Translations under genes and position numbers: made by a program | Origin: Azolla caroliniana | Lineage: Eukaryota > Plantae > Polypodiophyta | Direction of reading: 5' to 3' | DNA: 64,000 nt | Assembly (NCBI GenBank): GCA_043228905.1 | Contig: JBHGNT010000016.1 | Location: 4,092,001-4,156,000 of the forward strand | Notes under the pieces: generated by a model | Told to the model about the DNA's origin: nothing | The model's database searches: none | Seen by the model: the letters and a program-made list of their open reading frames with translations, nothing else | Shown here: piece by piece, positions 28,501 to 41,600 of the stretch | Position numbering within the stretch: position 1 is the first letter of the stretch | Layout: every line of letters begins with the position of its first letter

Positions 28501-29080
28501 CTTTCTTATCAACTAGATCCCACTACTTGTAGCTGTATTCATCTTCTAAGTACCCAGAAAAATACATGGCTTGGACTTGTTGTCCAACTTTGATCTTTGA
28601 TCCTTTGCCACATGTACATACGCCAAGCATTTGAACACCCTTAGATGTTGGTAAGACACATTTCATCCTGTCCACTTCCTATGTAGGACATCACCATTAA
28701 CAAGCATTGAGGGAGACCTGTTTATGAGATAAACAACCGTCATCATCGCCTCCGCCTAGTATGTCTTTGCCAATTTTGCATGTGACAACATGCTTCTTAC
28801 CCTTTCCACGATAGTTCTGTTCATTCTTTCAGCCATGCCATTCAGCTCAGGTGTCTTTGGTATTGTGTATTCGATTTTTATTCCTTGGCTTTTGCAATAC
28901 TCCTCGAATTTGCCTTTGAATTCACCACCATTATTTGTCTGAACATCCTTCAGCTTTTGTTTAGATTCTCTTTCAGCTCTTGCCTAGAACTCCTTAAAGA
29001 TCGACAACACTCGGTCTTTAGTCTTTAGCATGAACGCCCACAACTTTCGGTTGTAGTCGTCAATGAAGGTCACAAAGTAC
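25510..29080 (-). mobile_element. Ty1/copia element (Tnt1/Tork-like), degenerate and 5'-truncated: integrase-RT-RNase H plus 3' LTR 25510-26308
   Basis: Minus-strand remnants YFVTFIDDYNRKLW, VLLTNEGELECFEE, AMQDEMDSLHENHTYEL, LYGLKQAPRHWYKKF, WLSQEKYVTKVLQRF. A PPT-like GAATGAAGTTGGAG (minus) lies next to the LTR, which is bounded by TG (25510) and CA (26308). Confidence 0.88.
26565..26870. mobile_element. Small AT-rich MITE-like insertion in the copia RNase H
   Basis: Interrupts the RNase H before 'LHYDNQSA'. Imperfect ~28-bp inverted ends (gttaaagcatgtgaaatggaaaca / tgttcccattcccatgttttaac). TSD not resolved. Confidence 0.5.
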
Positions 29081-30793
29081 TCAGGATCACAGAGAATGAT
29101 AGAGAGAGGGAGAGAGAGAGAGGGAGAGATAATTGAATGGAAATTATTATATTGCACTAGAAGATGGATTACAACGAGTAGGTAAACAAGGAGCTCTAGA
29201 TTGACATTGAACTGATTTGGTTTTGGGATGATTAATAGATACCTATTTATAGTTCCATATAGGGTATTCTCGTATAATGTTATCAAATATAGAGTACTCT
29301 AGAATATTCTAGAATGTTTTATTATATTCTATATTCAAATATCTTAGAATATAGTTTGAGTACTCTAGAATATTCTAGAATGTTTTATGATATTCTATAT
29401 ATTTAGATTATAATAAACTCTTTGTATTATATATATAAACATTATCACTACAATGGTTAAGGATTTGACACGTATATAACAAGGTTTTGGGTTCAAATTC
29501 TTTTGAGACGTCATGTGAGATATCATGTGAGTGTCATCATGACAAGGCATCATCATCATGTGAGTGGCATCATGACACTATTCCCCTTCTTCAACGACAC
29601 ATATCACGGGTCACATGGTTTGTACTAGGACCTGGTTTACGAGGATATCATCGATGAAACTCGGTGACCTCAAATTCTGGTCCTTCCAAAAACTCAACAG
29701 TCGGTGGGGGAGTTGTAAGGTGACCTGGAATAGAACTTGTGGTGTGTAAAGTTCCAAAAGAGATACATGAAACACTGGTGAAGACGCATGCATGGAGGGA
29801 GGCCAAAATGAAATGCAACATCACTTATCTTACTAGTGATCACGTATGGGCCAAAACGTTGTAATCCAATTTACCTCAAGGCCTCGTGGTCTTGATGTTA
29901 TTTTGTAAGAGCCATACACGATCCCCAACATGAAACATTTTGGAGGAGTCTAGGTGATGATGATCCACAATCTTCTTTTGTGTAATTTGAGCATTATGCA
30001 AATTGTGGAAAATGGTGGCACGAATTTCTAGGAGGCAACTAAGACGATCCTTAGCAACAGGGTTGGTAGGAACTTCTGGATGCTCATTCATCGTTCAACG
30101 AGGATGACAACCCGTATTTGTGAAAAATGGGGAATATCCCATAGAAGAATGGACTAAGTTGTTGTAAGCGAATTCAACCAAGTGCAGAAAATCAACCCAA
30201 TCATCTTGTGGATAGTTGATGAAACAACGAAAATATTGCTCCAAAGTCTGGTTGATACGCTCAGTTTGGCCATTGGTCTTTGGATGATAGCCCGAAGAAA
30301 GCTTAGATGAAATTCAGAGGATTTTGAATATGTGCTTCCAAAACTTTTGAATTGTGGATCACGATCACTAATAATATCATCCAAAAGACCATGATGCCTG
30401 AATACCTCCCGCATAACTAGATTGACTGTCTCTTGACTATTAATAGCCTTTGTACATGGCAATAAATGTGTCATTTTAGTGAGTCGATCGACCACACTGA
30501 GAATAACATTAAAACCTTTTGAAACTGGGAGATCGGTAATGAAATCCAAGGATATAGACTTCCAAGGATTTTCAAGAATTGGAAATGGTTGTAGTAAGCC
30601 ATATGTTTGGTGTTGAGGTCTCTTTGATCGACAACATGTATCACAACTACGAACATACTCATCAACAAAGTGACGAAGTTGAGGCCACCAAATTGAATAC
30701 GTCCAACCATTGCATGGTAGTGTTGTAAGACTTGCAGTCGTGGAGGACCATCAGGAAGATACAATAGGTTTTGTCGAAATAGTAAACCACCAT

Positions 30794-32583
30794 TGTTGAT
30801 GGGTTGGGGTTGGAGCCAAGAATGGCTCCACCCCCCTCCCAAGGGGGGTTCAAATGTGTGGGGATAGAGACACACAGAGAATGAAAGGGAAAATCGAGAC
30901 AGACACAAGTTGAGGGATAACTTCACTATATTTCTCCTTCTTTTCATGCCCCATGGGTAGGGGTTTATATAGTACAAGATCTGATCAAGATAGTACAAAA
31001 AGCCAAATGGGGGTAGTTACACCTACTTACCCACCCCACTCTCTCACATTTGTACACATGCACACAAAAAGCCAAATGTGCATGTGTATACACACACTCT
31101 TCCTCACACATTACACATTACACCTTTCATGTTTACACATTACACCTTATGCATTACACCCTTAACCCTCTCGTACACCTATACGGGTAACACATGGATG
31201 GGACAGTGCATTGCACGTTGTCGCGTTGTTACGCGCGTGCATGGAGAAAGGCGGGACCACGGGGGTCTTGGACTAGGGAGTGACGGAGCGTAGGAAGTCG
31301 TGCTTCACCGTTTCCGGGGCATCCCAGAAGCACACCGGAAGCGACCGAAGGGAGAGAGAGAAAGAGAGGGAGCGCGCGCTTAACACCGACTCACGCACAC
31401 ACACACACACACGCACACACACACACACAGGCCGACCCGACTCACGCCCTTATGTACAGGAAACGCAGGAAAGGGGAAGCACCTGACACCAACAGAGACG
31501 CGAATATACACAGACAAACGCAAATGTATATATATAAAAGGAAGAATGCATTCCCGGCTTCGAGCCGGGCCAAGGTAGGTTACAGTAGTCGTTAGTTGCC
31601 AAGCCGCCGGTCGGGGAGCTCACGGGCTTGTCGCGCCGAGTGGGGTCTTGTGCAGGAGACGAGCTGAAGCAAACCCTAAGCGAACACGAAGGGGGAGAAG
31701 AAGAAGAAGAAGAAGAAGAAGAAGAAGAAGAAGAAGAAGAAGAAGAAGAAGAAGAAGAAGAAGAAATGTAACTAACCCTAAATCTAACGGTATACCCTCT
31801 AACGCAAAATGGGCAACCCTTTCACAAAGGGCGCTCCCTTCCTTTTATAGAACAAGGAGAGGGATGTGTTACAATGTGGGATAAATCCTGACTTACATGG
31901 GATCGTCTGTCCTGACTTGACTACTCTTCGGCGCCCTCGTTATTCACACTAAATGTACAAGGGTGAGCGCACATGCTGCACCCCGCCGATGTAGCCAATG
32001 TTTCCCGGTTTCCGCCTCTGGCAGAAATTCTTCACAACAACGTCAAACCCACATGCTCATGGAAAAAACTCGTTGACCGGAACTCCATCGGTCTTCTCTT
32101 CTCTCATTAGTCGAAAATCCCTCGACCGGATCACTGCTCTACGATCGATAACTTCGATCGGAGCTTGCTTGACATGAACCTTCTCGTTCGGTTAGCACAT
32201 CTCACAATTGGATCACACACCAATCGGCACCTATACTGTTAAGTCTCAAAATGATTTGGTTGTGTATGTGTTTTTATCTTCTTCTTCATTTGTGTGAGTG
32301 GTGATGAGTTTTTGTACCCTTGAGTTTCCGAAATTCTATTTCGTACCCCTCAAATTTTGAAATTTTAGTTTTGTACTGTCTTGATCAGATCTTGTATTTT
32401 ATAAAACCCCACCCATGGGGCATGAAAAGAAGGAGAAATATAGTGAAGTTACCCCTCAACTTGTGTCTGTCTTGATTTTCCCTCTCATTCTCTGTGTGTC
32501 TCTCTCCCTAGCTCCCTACACGTTCGAACTCCCCTTGGGAGGGGGGTGGAGGCGTTCTTGGCTCCACCCCCCACCCATCAACA
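30794..32583. mobile_element. Non-coding TG...CA element with ~210-bp terminal inverted repeats and a 5-bp TSD, inserted in the chromovirus pol
   Basis: TSD ACCAT at 30789-30793 and 32584-32588. TIRs at 30794-31000 and 32369-32583 (TGTTGATGGG...CCCATCAACA). Removing the element restores the host frame F-H-W-D-G-G-L-L-F-R-Q-N-L-L-Y. Confidence 0.9.
31219..32039 (-). mobile_element. Solo LTR (821 bp) related to the gypsy LTRs at 35662 and 41348
   Basis: Starts TGTCGCGTTGTTACGCGCG, as do 35662 and 41348, and ends TTCTTCACAACA. 4-bp TSD ACGT (31215-31218, 32040-32043). Contains an internal (GAA)n tract. Confidence 0.9.
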
Positions 32584-34448
32584 ACCATCCCAATGGAACT
32601 AATTATAGTCATTATGAAGGTTTTTTTACTGCAAGCAAGAAGCACAATTTGGGATGATATGATCCAAAACATCTTTGACGAATTCATCAGTGGCCATATG
32701 ATCTCAAATGGCATCAAGAAGGCCAAAATCTCCAAGTGTTGTTATGGCATTAGCTGCCATTAACAATAGACGATTAGAACCCAAAAGGATTTGTTTTTTA
32801 TGCTCAAATGTTGGTTCTCTTGGATGAAGTTCCATATAAGAATGTTGAGAAAGAGCATCGGCTTTTCCTTGCTACATCCCAGGGCGATATATGATTACAA
32901 AGTCAAAGTGAGTCAAAAATTGTGCCCAACGAGCTTGTTGCAGACTAAAGACTAAAGCATTTTGGAAATATGTCAGGTTCTTATGATCATTGTAGACAAT
33001 GATCTGTTGAGAAGAACCTTCTAGAAAATGTCGCCCCTATTGAAAATAATCCACAATTGCAAGAAGTTCTTTGTCATGGATCTCACAGTTTATCTCTACA
33101 ACTTCAAATTTTCGGGAAAAAAAGGCGACAGGGTGTAGTTGTCCATCATCTCCAGTCTGTGATAGAACACTCCCTAATGCAAAGTTGGATGCATCAGCTT
33201 CAAGGATGAAGCGTTTTGTAGGGTCGACATGTGCCAAAATAGACGTCGTTGTAAATATTCATTTTAAACTTTCAAATGCCTCGATTGCATTTGAACTCCG
33301 TATAAATGGTTGATTTTTGTGTGTGAGTCGAGTGAGCAGAAACATGACCTTGGAATAATTTTTAATAAATTTCCGGTAAAAATTTGCAAACCCGAGAAAA
33401 TATTGCACATCATGCACTGAAAGGGCGTCTGCTAAGCTAAAATTGTTTGAATCTTCGTGGGGTCCATAGAGATAACCATCAGATGATTCAACATACCCCA
33501 AAAATTCCACTTGATTCTGGCCGAAAATGCACTTTTCTAATTTTCTGTAGCTCGACCATATTCTCGTGGTCGACGTAGTACTTGACGAACATGTTTATCA
33601 TGCTCATCTTGGATCTTCAAGTAGATCAACATGTCATCGAGGTAAATTATAGTGAAGATATCGAGAATATCTCGAAAAATATCATTTGCCATATGCTGGA
33701 AAACTGCGGGTGCATTCATGAGAGACTGAATGGCATCGCAGTATATACTCAAAATTTCCATAGTGAGTGCGGAAAGCAATATTCCATTCATCCCCCCAGA
33801 CGAATCCGAACTAGATTATATGCACTACGAAGGTCCAACTTCGTGGAATATTTTGATCCACTGAGACATTCCAAAAGGTTTGAGATTAATGGTAGAGTAT
33901 ATCCATTGTGGATAGTCACTTTGTTTAACCCTCAATAATCCACGACCAACCGAAGAGACCCATTTTTTTTCTTAACGAAGAAGATGGGTGCACCAGTAGG
34001 GGATCTAGAATGCCAGATGAATCCATTTGCCAAATTCTCGCCGATATATTCCTGAAGAGTTTCTAGCTCTATAGGTGAGAGATTATAAATTGGCCCCCAT
34101 GGAGGTTCTTTCCTTGGTTGCAAATCAATAGGGCAATCGTATGGCTGATGCTCTGGCAATGTATTGGCCTTCACCTTATCAAAGACATCTGAGAACTCTT
34201 TGTATTTCTCTAGTAGTTGGATGTCCAACTTCTGTAAGATCGATGATGAGGTTGCTAATATTGCAAATATGAACATGTCCTCATTCCCTCCTTCCTCACT
34301 TAACCGACGTAGAAAGATGGTTGATATCTTATGGGAGCCAATATCTAATGTAGGAGATTTGAGGGATGCTAGTCTTGTTCTTTTTTTTTCTGGGACTCCT
34401 CAATTGTTCTTTTCCTCTAATTGGCTCAAGACATCAAATTTATTCTCA

Positions 34449-34551
34449 TGTTAAGTAATTAGGTAATTAACTAGGGTTAATTAGAGACTAATTATATGGT
34501 TACGTTAAGCAACGGAAGATTAGTATGATATGCACGTGAGAGTGTGTGAGA

Positions 34552-34627
<76 letters not shown>

Positions 34628-35342
34628 GTTACACTTATGAACACGAAGATAAATGGGGGATGATTGACTATATTGAAAAGTGTCATCAACATACAAAAAT
34701 ACCCACAATGAGGTATATATACAACCCATGTGCAAAGGTGCACATGTGTGGGTAGAACATAGGTACTTATGTGTAAGTCCTACATTAAATGTACTAAGGA
34801 TTGGAGGATCTAGAATATCTCACTTAAGTACAAGGTCCTATTTAAAGGCTTAAGGTCAACACATTAACTAGATTCGATCTAGGTAACTACTAAGTTACAT
34901 GTGTTGACTAACTAGATTAAACTAGTTGAGCTTGATATCTCAACACCACCCAACCACCCCTGAGCTATGATCTAGACATAGCCAACCTACCACCGACGCC
35001 CCATATTGCCGGATATTAGGATGAATAATACCTTGGAAGAGATAAACACGATCGTCGAGACGAAATCCTAGCCCGCACCACCGGTGTCTAAGATAGCAGC
35101 CTTCCGGCGTAATGTGATTATGAGGGTAGCTAAGCCTCATATTTATACCTTTTCCTAGGCCCCTTGATTAGATGTGCCTTTCTAAAAGGCTCTCCATTCA
35201 TTGGTTGTCCAAATCATGATAGTGCATGCACCTATCCTTCCTTCTATCCAATCATTAGTCCCCTTTTTAACATTAGTGAACATACCCTTCACTAATGTAA
35301 ATATTGGTGACCTACCCTCACCAACGTTATGTGTACATAACA
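34449..35342 (+). mobile_element. LTR (TG...CA) at the junction of the chromovirus and the second copia; flanks do not match
   Basis: TGTTAAG at 34449 to CATAACA at 35342, with an internal (GA)n tract. Homologous to 16676-17060. No TSD, which suggests a flanking deletion or recombination. Confidence 0.65.
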
Positions 35343-35661
35343 GTAGCATCCGGAACGAAGTCATGAAGTTCAGTAAGGGGAGCCTAATAGTGGTGTCTAC
35401 CGATGTGTGTCAAGTGGACACGAAGTCACATGCCGGATCGCAATACTACATGACATTCATAGACGACCATAGCCGGAAGCTGTGGGTCTCACCGTTGAAG
35501 ACAAAGGATTAGGTGCTATCCGTCTTCAAGGAGTTCCACACGAGAGTTGAAAGAGAAACCGGCTGGAAGCTGAAGGCGGTTCGAGCAGATAACGGAGGAG
35601 AATACCGGGGGCAGTTCGAGGAGTACTGTAGGTCGAAGGGAATCTAGCTCGAATTTACCGT

Positions 35662-38600
35662 TGTTGCGTTGTTACGCGCGTGCATGTAGAAAGAGGTGGG
35701 ACCATGGGGGCCTTGAACCGAGGAGCGAGAGAGAGAGAGAGAGAGTGAGAGAGAGAGAAGAGGAGAGGAGAAGAGATTTGCAGATACGCAGAAGGGAGAA
35801 GGAAAGAGAAAGAAGCGGAACCCGCTTCTTGACCGCTTTGATCCGCTTTCCGGCCACCGATACCGCTAGCCGTGTCCCGTCGAGTTCCGCTTGGTGGTAC
35901 GTTCCGTTGTCGTTCGCGCTCGTCACCGTGTAGGGCCCGAACCATCTCTTAGAGAACTTTCGCACCGGCTTGTGCTGATTGTCGAGGCTGTTGTCGTATA
36001 CCAAGACCCAATCGCCTTCCTCGGTCTTCTTTGGTTGTAACCGGTGCGTCCGGTTGAACCGGGTCTTGTTCCGCTCCCTTGCCGTCCGCAGCTTTTCCTT
36101 TGCCCGTTTCACGTCCTCTTGCCTCCGCTCGAGTTGCCGAATCCGCGCCGCCAGCAACTCCTCCTGACTCATCTCGTCCTTCGAATCTACCACCGCCCAT
36201 GAAGAAACCGTCTATTCCACCGGTATGATCGACTTCTGTCCGTACATCAGCTCTGCCGGCATAAACCCTGTCACCGAACTGTGCGTAGTTCGGTCCGCCC
36301 ATAGTGCGTAAGGAAGGAGCCGCGGCCAATTCTCGACCTGCCCTCCGCATGCACGCACTAACGCCTTTATGATCGGCCTATGCCCATGTTCTACCTTCCC
36401 GTTCGCCTCCGGATTGTACGCCGTAGTGAGGGAGAGTTTGATCCCTAGCCGGTCGAACAACTCCTCAGCTTCCCGCGCATGCAACTCTCCCCAGACTGCC
36501 ACGATCCTCCCGACGCACCCGTACCGACACACTACCTCTTCGATCAGGAACCGGCATACCATTGCGGTTGTCTTGTTCTGCAGTGCACGACCTTCCACCT
36601 GGTTCATTAAGTCTTCCCGCGCAAGCACCGGGTATTGCATCTATCCTACTCCCATTGGCATCGTCACCACGTCCACCATCCACTTGAAATGGACCGCAGG
36701 CGGGTAAGTCGTGTGTAGCTCATCCCGATGTCGGACTACGGAGTGCATCTGATAGCTTTCGCAAGTCGTTACGAACCGATGCACGTCCTGGTACAGCCCC
36801 GGCCACCAGTACTTCTCCTTCAGCTTCTTGAATGTGGCCCACGTTCCGCGGTGCTCTGCCCAGGGACTCTCGTGAAATGCCACCAGTAGTTCCCCCTGTT
36901 CTTCTTTCTTTGCCACTACTCGGAGCGGGATGCCGTTTCTTTTCTTTGGGTGCCTCCATATGCACCCGCCCGTAGGAAGAATCGGTACGCTTTCTTCCGT
37001 ACCTGGCTTGCCTCTTCTCTCGTCCACGCTGTGTCCAGCATCATCGCCCGTAGGAACCTCCTGATTTGGAGCCACTCCCCGTCGTACATGCTTTTGTCAA
37101 ATTCGTTAAGCGCCGGAGTGTCCCTTTTCCTCGTCGTCACATTAGCCGACCTGAAGAAATCCTCGCCGACTTCTTCGTCATCCGAAACCATGCCTTCTTC
37201 GTTGTTGAACCTTGCTCTCGAAAGCATGTCGGCCATGGCGTTATCCTTTCCGGAGATGTGCCGTATCTCCGGGTTTAGGGACTTAATGTACGCTATCCAC
37301 CGGAGCATTGCTAGGTCCGGTGTCGCGCATCCAGAAACCATGCTGAGTATCGGCAGGCAATCCGTCTCGATTGTTACCTCCGTCCCGATCAAGTAGTCCC
37401 TGTTGGCCTTGACTGCCGAAACGATACCCCATATTTCGCGCTTGACTTGGGCATATCCTCGCTGTCGCTTGCTCAATACCTTCGCCCCGAACCGGATCGG
37501 GAACCGTGCACCGTCCTCGTCCTCCTGGTTGTCCACCGTCACGTAGATGGGGACTCCCTTACCGTAAACTGCTTTACGGAGAGCTGGCGCTATCGTAAGC
37601 GCCTCCTTTAGTCTCTGGACCAACTCCGTGTGCTCCGTCCTCCACTCAAAGCTACGCCCCTTTTTCAATAGTCTGTAGAGGGGTTCCGCGATGTGTGCGT
37701 AGTGCGGGATCTAGATGTGGTAGAACGCGCATGCTCCCAAGAATCTGCGGACCCCCGTGAACGACCCGCAATCGTCCCTTATCGCGGAGATGGCCTCTAC
37801 CTTTGCGAGAGACGGTTTCCTACCGTAAGGCCTGCACAGGTGTCCGACCACCAAGATCTCCACCAAGAACGCCGATTTTTCTCCGGAGAAGGTGAGTCAT
37901 GCGCTTTCGAGCCTCTGCAGCACCTTCTCGCAGTTGTTGATGTGGTTCACAACGAACCTCTGACATCCGTCTGGCCCGACAGTCTCGTCCGCATCATCCA
38001 CCAGACACCCCTTTATCGGGATGTCGTCCAAGAATGGCATGGTGATGTCTGGGATGCAGTCCCTCAACACCTTGTTCATTGCGTTCACCATGTGCGCCAC
38101 CGAATTCGTCCCGGCTTGTGGTAGGGTACACATCTGTACTAGGCCAAGAGGGGTTCGCATCGTCGTGATATCCCTGCTCTCCACGGCTAGCTGGAACTGG
38201 TCGTACCCCGAGTATAAGTCACCGACCGAGTAGATCGACCTTCCAGCGAAGGCCTCCGCGAACTCGTCTATGGTCGGTCCGATTCCTGCATTACGGATGG
38301 TCACCCTATTGACCGGTTGCAGGTCCTGAATGAAGCGCAACGTGCCGTTCTTCTTCGGCACCGTAAACCACCGATTCGAATATAGGGCACTCGACGGTTC
38401 GAGGATGCCCATCTCCACCTTTTGTTTCAGAAGCTCCATCAACATCGGGATGTGAGCTCTCGGCACCGGAATCGGTTTGAGATTCCACGATACATGCGGT
38501 ACCGTGAAGATCACCATCGGTTCGATGATTGTCGGGTCCACGCACCCGATCTCCTCCGGCGAGAACGCGAAGGCTTTCCCATGCCTTCCGAGCATTCTCT

Positions 38601-41600
38601 GAAACCTCTCCTCCTCCGCCAGCAGTAGAAAGCCACCCCCACCGACCTTGAGCTCCCGTAGCGTTATGCCGGTGAACCGGTGCCCTATGCCAGCCAGATT
38701 CCATAAACTTGGGTCCGACGTGACCCCTTTTATCCGCTCCTCGCTGCCCCTCGGCAAGGATGCCGCGACTGGCCTCACATTCTGGTCCACAGTCTTGTAC
38801 TTTGTATCCACGCAGGTCGTCTGATCTGACCCGATCTTTCCCCGAAGTCCGTGATGACTTCGTACATTCCCATTGAACTAACCGGAACGGTCCGGTCTTC
38901 TCTAAGGTCTTCACTGATCACCTTTCGTTACTCGCCCAAGGTGTCGTCAAAAGAGACCGCCTCCACGGCGCCGCTGATTTGTTCGTCGGGGGAGAGGACT
39001 CTGCATCCCCTGAGCCGTTCCTCCGCTCGCTTCCTCTCCCGGCCGCTGACGCATGCTATAGTACAACCTCCGTTTTCGGAGAACCAAAACTTCCTACCTA
39101 CTGTACATGTGTGGGGTTCTTCCGGTACGTTTGGACTACCGCGGCCCCACGCCTTGATAACCCTCTCTAAAAATCCCCTCGACTGTCGCTGCCGAGGGTC
39201 TCACGATTCCTCTCATGGTTCGGACGTACGGTCATGAATTGGACGGAATGCCGACCGTCCTGGCTCTTGACGCGCGCGTACGCCGGACCGTTGTCCAGCA
39301 CCTTCATCTCCATGCGTGCTGCCGTAATGTATGGCTCGCCGAGAATCACCGGGTGCGAGGATGTTTCCTGCACGAAGAAATGTTGATCTATCTCGACATC
39401 ACCAACCTTTACGCATATATTCGGGCACGGACCATGCAGCCTCTTCGTAACACGCATCGTCGCGCGTATCTTCCACCCATGCTTGGTGTTGATCGGCCAT
39501 TTACCCCTCTTGTAGAAATCCATGGACATCAGGTTGATTTTGGATCCATGGTCTACCAAGGCCACCACCGGTTCCGGAACGTTGCCGATCCGCACAGGGG
39601 TTTCAGTAGTTGCTCTGGCCCAATGTGGCTTCGCGTAGTGGCTTTCCGACAACTCGTCTTCTAGGGCTGCGTCTTCTAAGTGCATAGTCCGCACCTCCAC
39701 CGGCTTCTCTGGTTCTGGCTCCGTCGAGAGCCTCTTCCGCTTCACCAAGTCTACGATGGAGTCGTGGAACTCCCTCTTGGCGATTCCTAGCACCTCCCGC
39801 AACGATAGCTCCACTTTACTGTCGAGGATCCGCTCTTCAAGGACCTTCCGTAGGTCCGTCGCTCTCTCGATTTCGGTGCTCAACAGAAACCCCGCATGCT
39901 TCTTTCCGTCCGGCGCACCTGGGTTGCCGGCACCGATCGGTTTCGGTCCGAACCGGGTCTCGTACCTCTGCGGGGACCGACACCCCCGACCTTTCCTGTC
40001 CGTTTGTCTTCCACCACAACCTCGTAGTTCTGGCAAGCGGCTTCTACGAAGCCCGTTTTCTCTTCGACCGGATCGTCCCATCCAGTGACCTCTTGGACCC
40101 ACTGTTCCGCGCGGTCCGCCTCTTCCTTCTTCAACCGAACTCCAGAGAGGCCTTCTAGCACTAGCGGCCAGAATCCGGAGTCCTTCACCTTCCGGGTCTC
40201 ATCACCCCCGACCCGAATTCCCGCCGACACTGAGTAGTTAACGGCTTCTACATGCCGTGCCGCGGCCTCTTCCATCAACCTCTTCATTCCGCTGCGCCCC
40301 GTATTTAGTTCTAGGGCTCTCCGGGTCTCGCTAGCGTGCACCCGCCCGTTCCAGAGGTACACCACGGTTGTCCTAAGTGCGTCGGCGAAATCTGCGCAAT
40401 CCTTCCGAATGTGACCGATCGCGTCACACCACATGCACCGCTGCCCAATTGGCGGCTTTCGGTCGCGAGGTTGTTCGCCGCTGTCTCTCCGTGCCTATGC
40501 GATTTGCAGGTCGCGTACCATCTGTGTTAGCTCCTCCGGATGGGCCTCTGACCACATCGTTCGATGCCGACCCCGACTCCAGCCAAATTCGGGTCTCTTC
40601 CTTCCTACCGGCTGGCACCGATACCGGCTGACACCGATACCGGCTCCTCGAGCCTCCTCGCCAGGACCGGCCCTGACCTCGACGAGCTTTCGTCGCTCCA
40701 ATCGCGCCGTTTGTCGAAACGGCTGCATACCTGTTTTACCATGGCCTAGTCTGCCGTGAGCCCTTCGTCCGTTTCCAATAGGCGACCCACCTTTTCCCTG
40801 TCGAGCGTGTCCACGGACTTAACAAACAGTAGTACTCGACTCGTTTTGAGCACGGTCTGGTCGAGCGTCGACAACCGCGCTAACCGTTTTTCGAACTCCT
40901 GGAGGAGTGCCGACGTGTTCCTCCCTTTTCCGGGGCTTTCCACCCACGCCATGAAGTCCCACCTCGACAACTAAAGTGAGTCGTCAAACCCGTACTTCTC
41001 GAGGAGTTGCAGCTCGAACTCCTCCCAAGTCTGGCATCCGGCCAACACCTCGAGCACCTCCGCGTGGATGCTCGGCGTCACCACTCGAGGGAATCCGGAC
41101 AGCCGCCTGTCCACCGAGATATCCCTCATGATCAACTCGTCCCGGTAAGCCTCCAAATAACTTGTGGCGTCTTTCCCTCCGAACCGGCCTATAGTGCCGA
41201 CGATCGATTCAATGGCTCTGTCGAGGGTACCCGTCCCCTCACGAGCGCTTACCAGCCAGTCGACAGCTACCGCCATTGCCTCTACTAGCTCTGATCCCCT
41301 CAACTTTCGACTCATTTGCCGCCTTTTCACGTCGGGTTCACCAATAATGTCACGTTGTTACGCATGTGCGTGTAGAAAGAGGCGGGACCACGGGGGCCTT
41401 GAACCGAGGAGCGACAGAGAGAGAGAGAGAGAGAAGAGGAGAGGAGAAGAGATCTGCAGATACGTAGAAGGGAGAAGGAAAGAGAAAGAAGCGGAACACT
41501 TAATTACAGTAACCGTCGATTACAATATCAAGAGATTACAAACTCTGACGATTAGAACCGGCAAGGCGGCGATGGACCCGACACGGGGATCCTACTCACG

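Larger units (their letters stand above)
29080..34448 (-). mobile_element. Ty3/gypsy chromovirus (Tcn1-like), degenerate: RT-RH-INT plus 3' LTR (~29080-29577), gag end missing
   Basis: Motifs [126 protein letters not shown] (minus, 29578-29593) abuts the LTR start at 29577. Confidence 0.88.

Noticed and set aside
31648-31884. Poly-Arg ORF, and the similar ERERER/SLSLSL ORFs at ~4976, 8284, 17576, 34492 and 53727
   Set aside because: These are translations of (GAA)n or (GA)n microsatellites with no other coding signal.
36950-40088. Multiple long plus-strand ORFs overlapping the gypsy pol
   Set aside because: Antisense shadows expected in GC-rich coding DNA, with no motifs.
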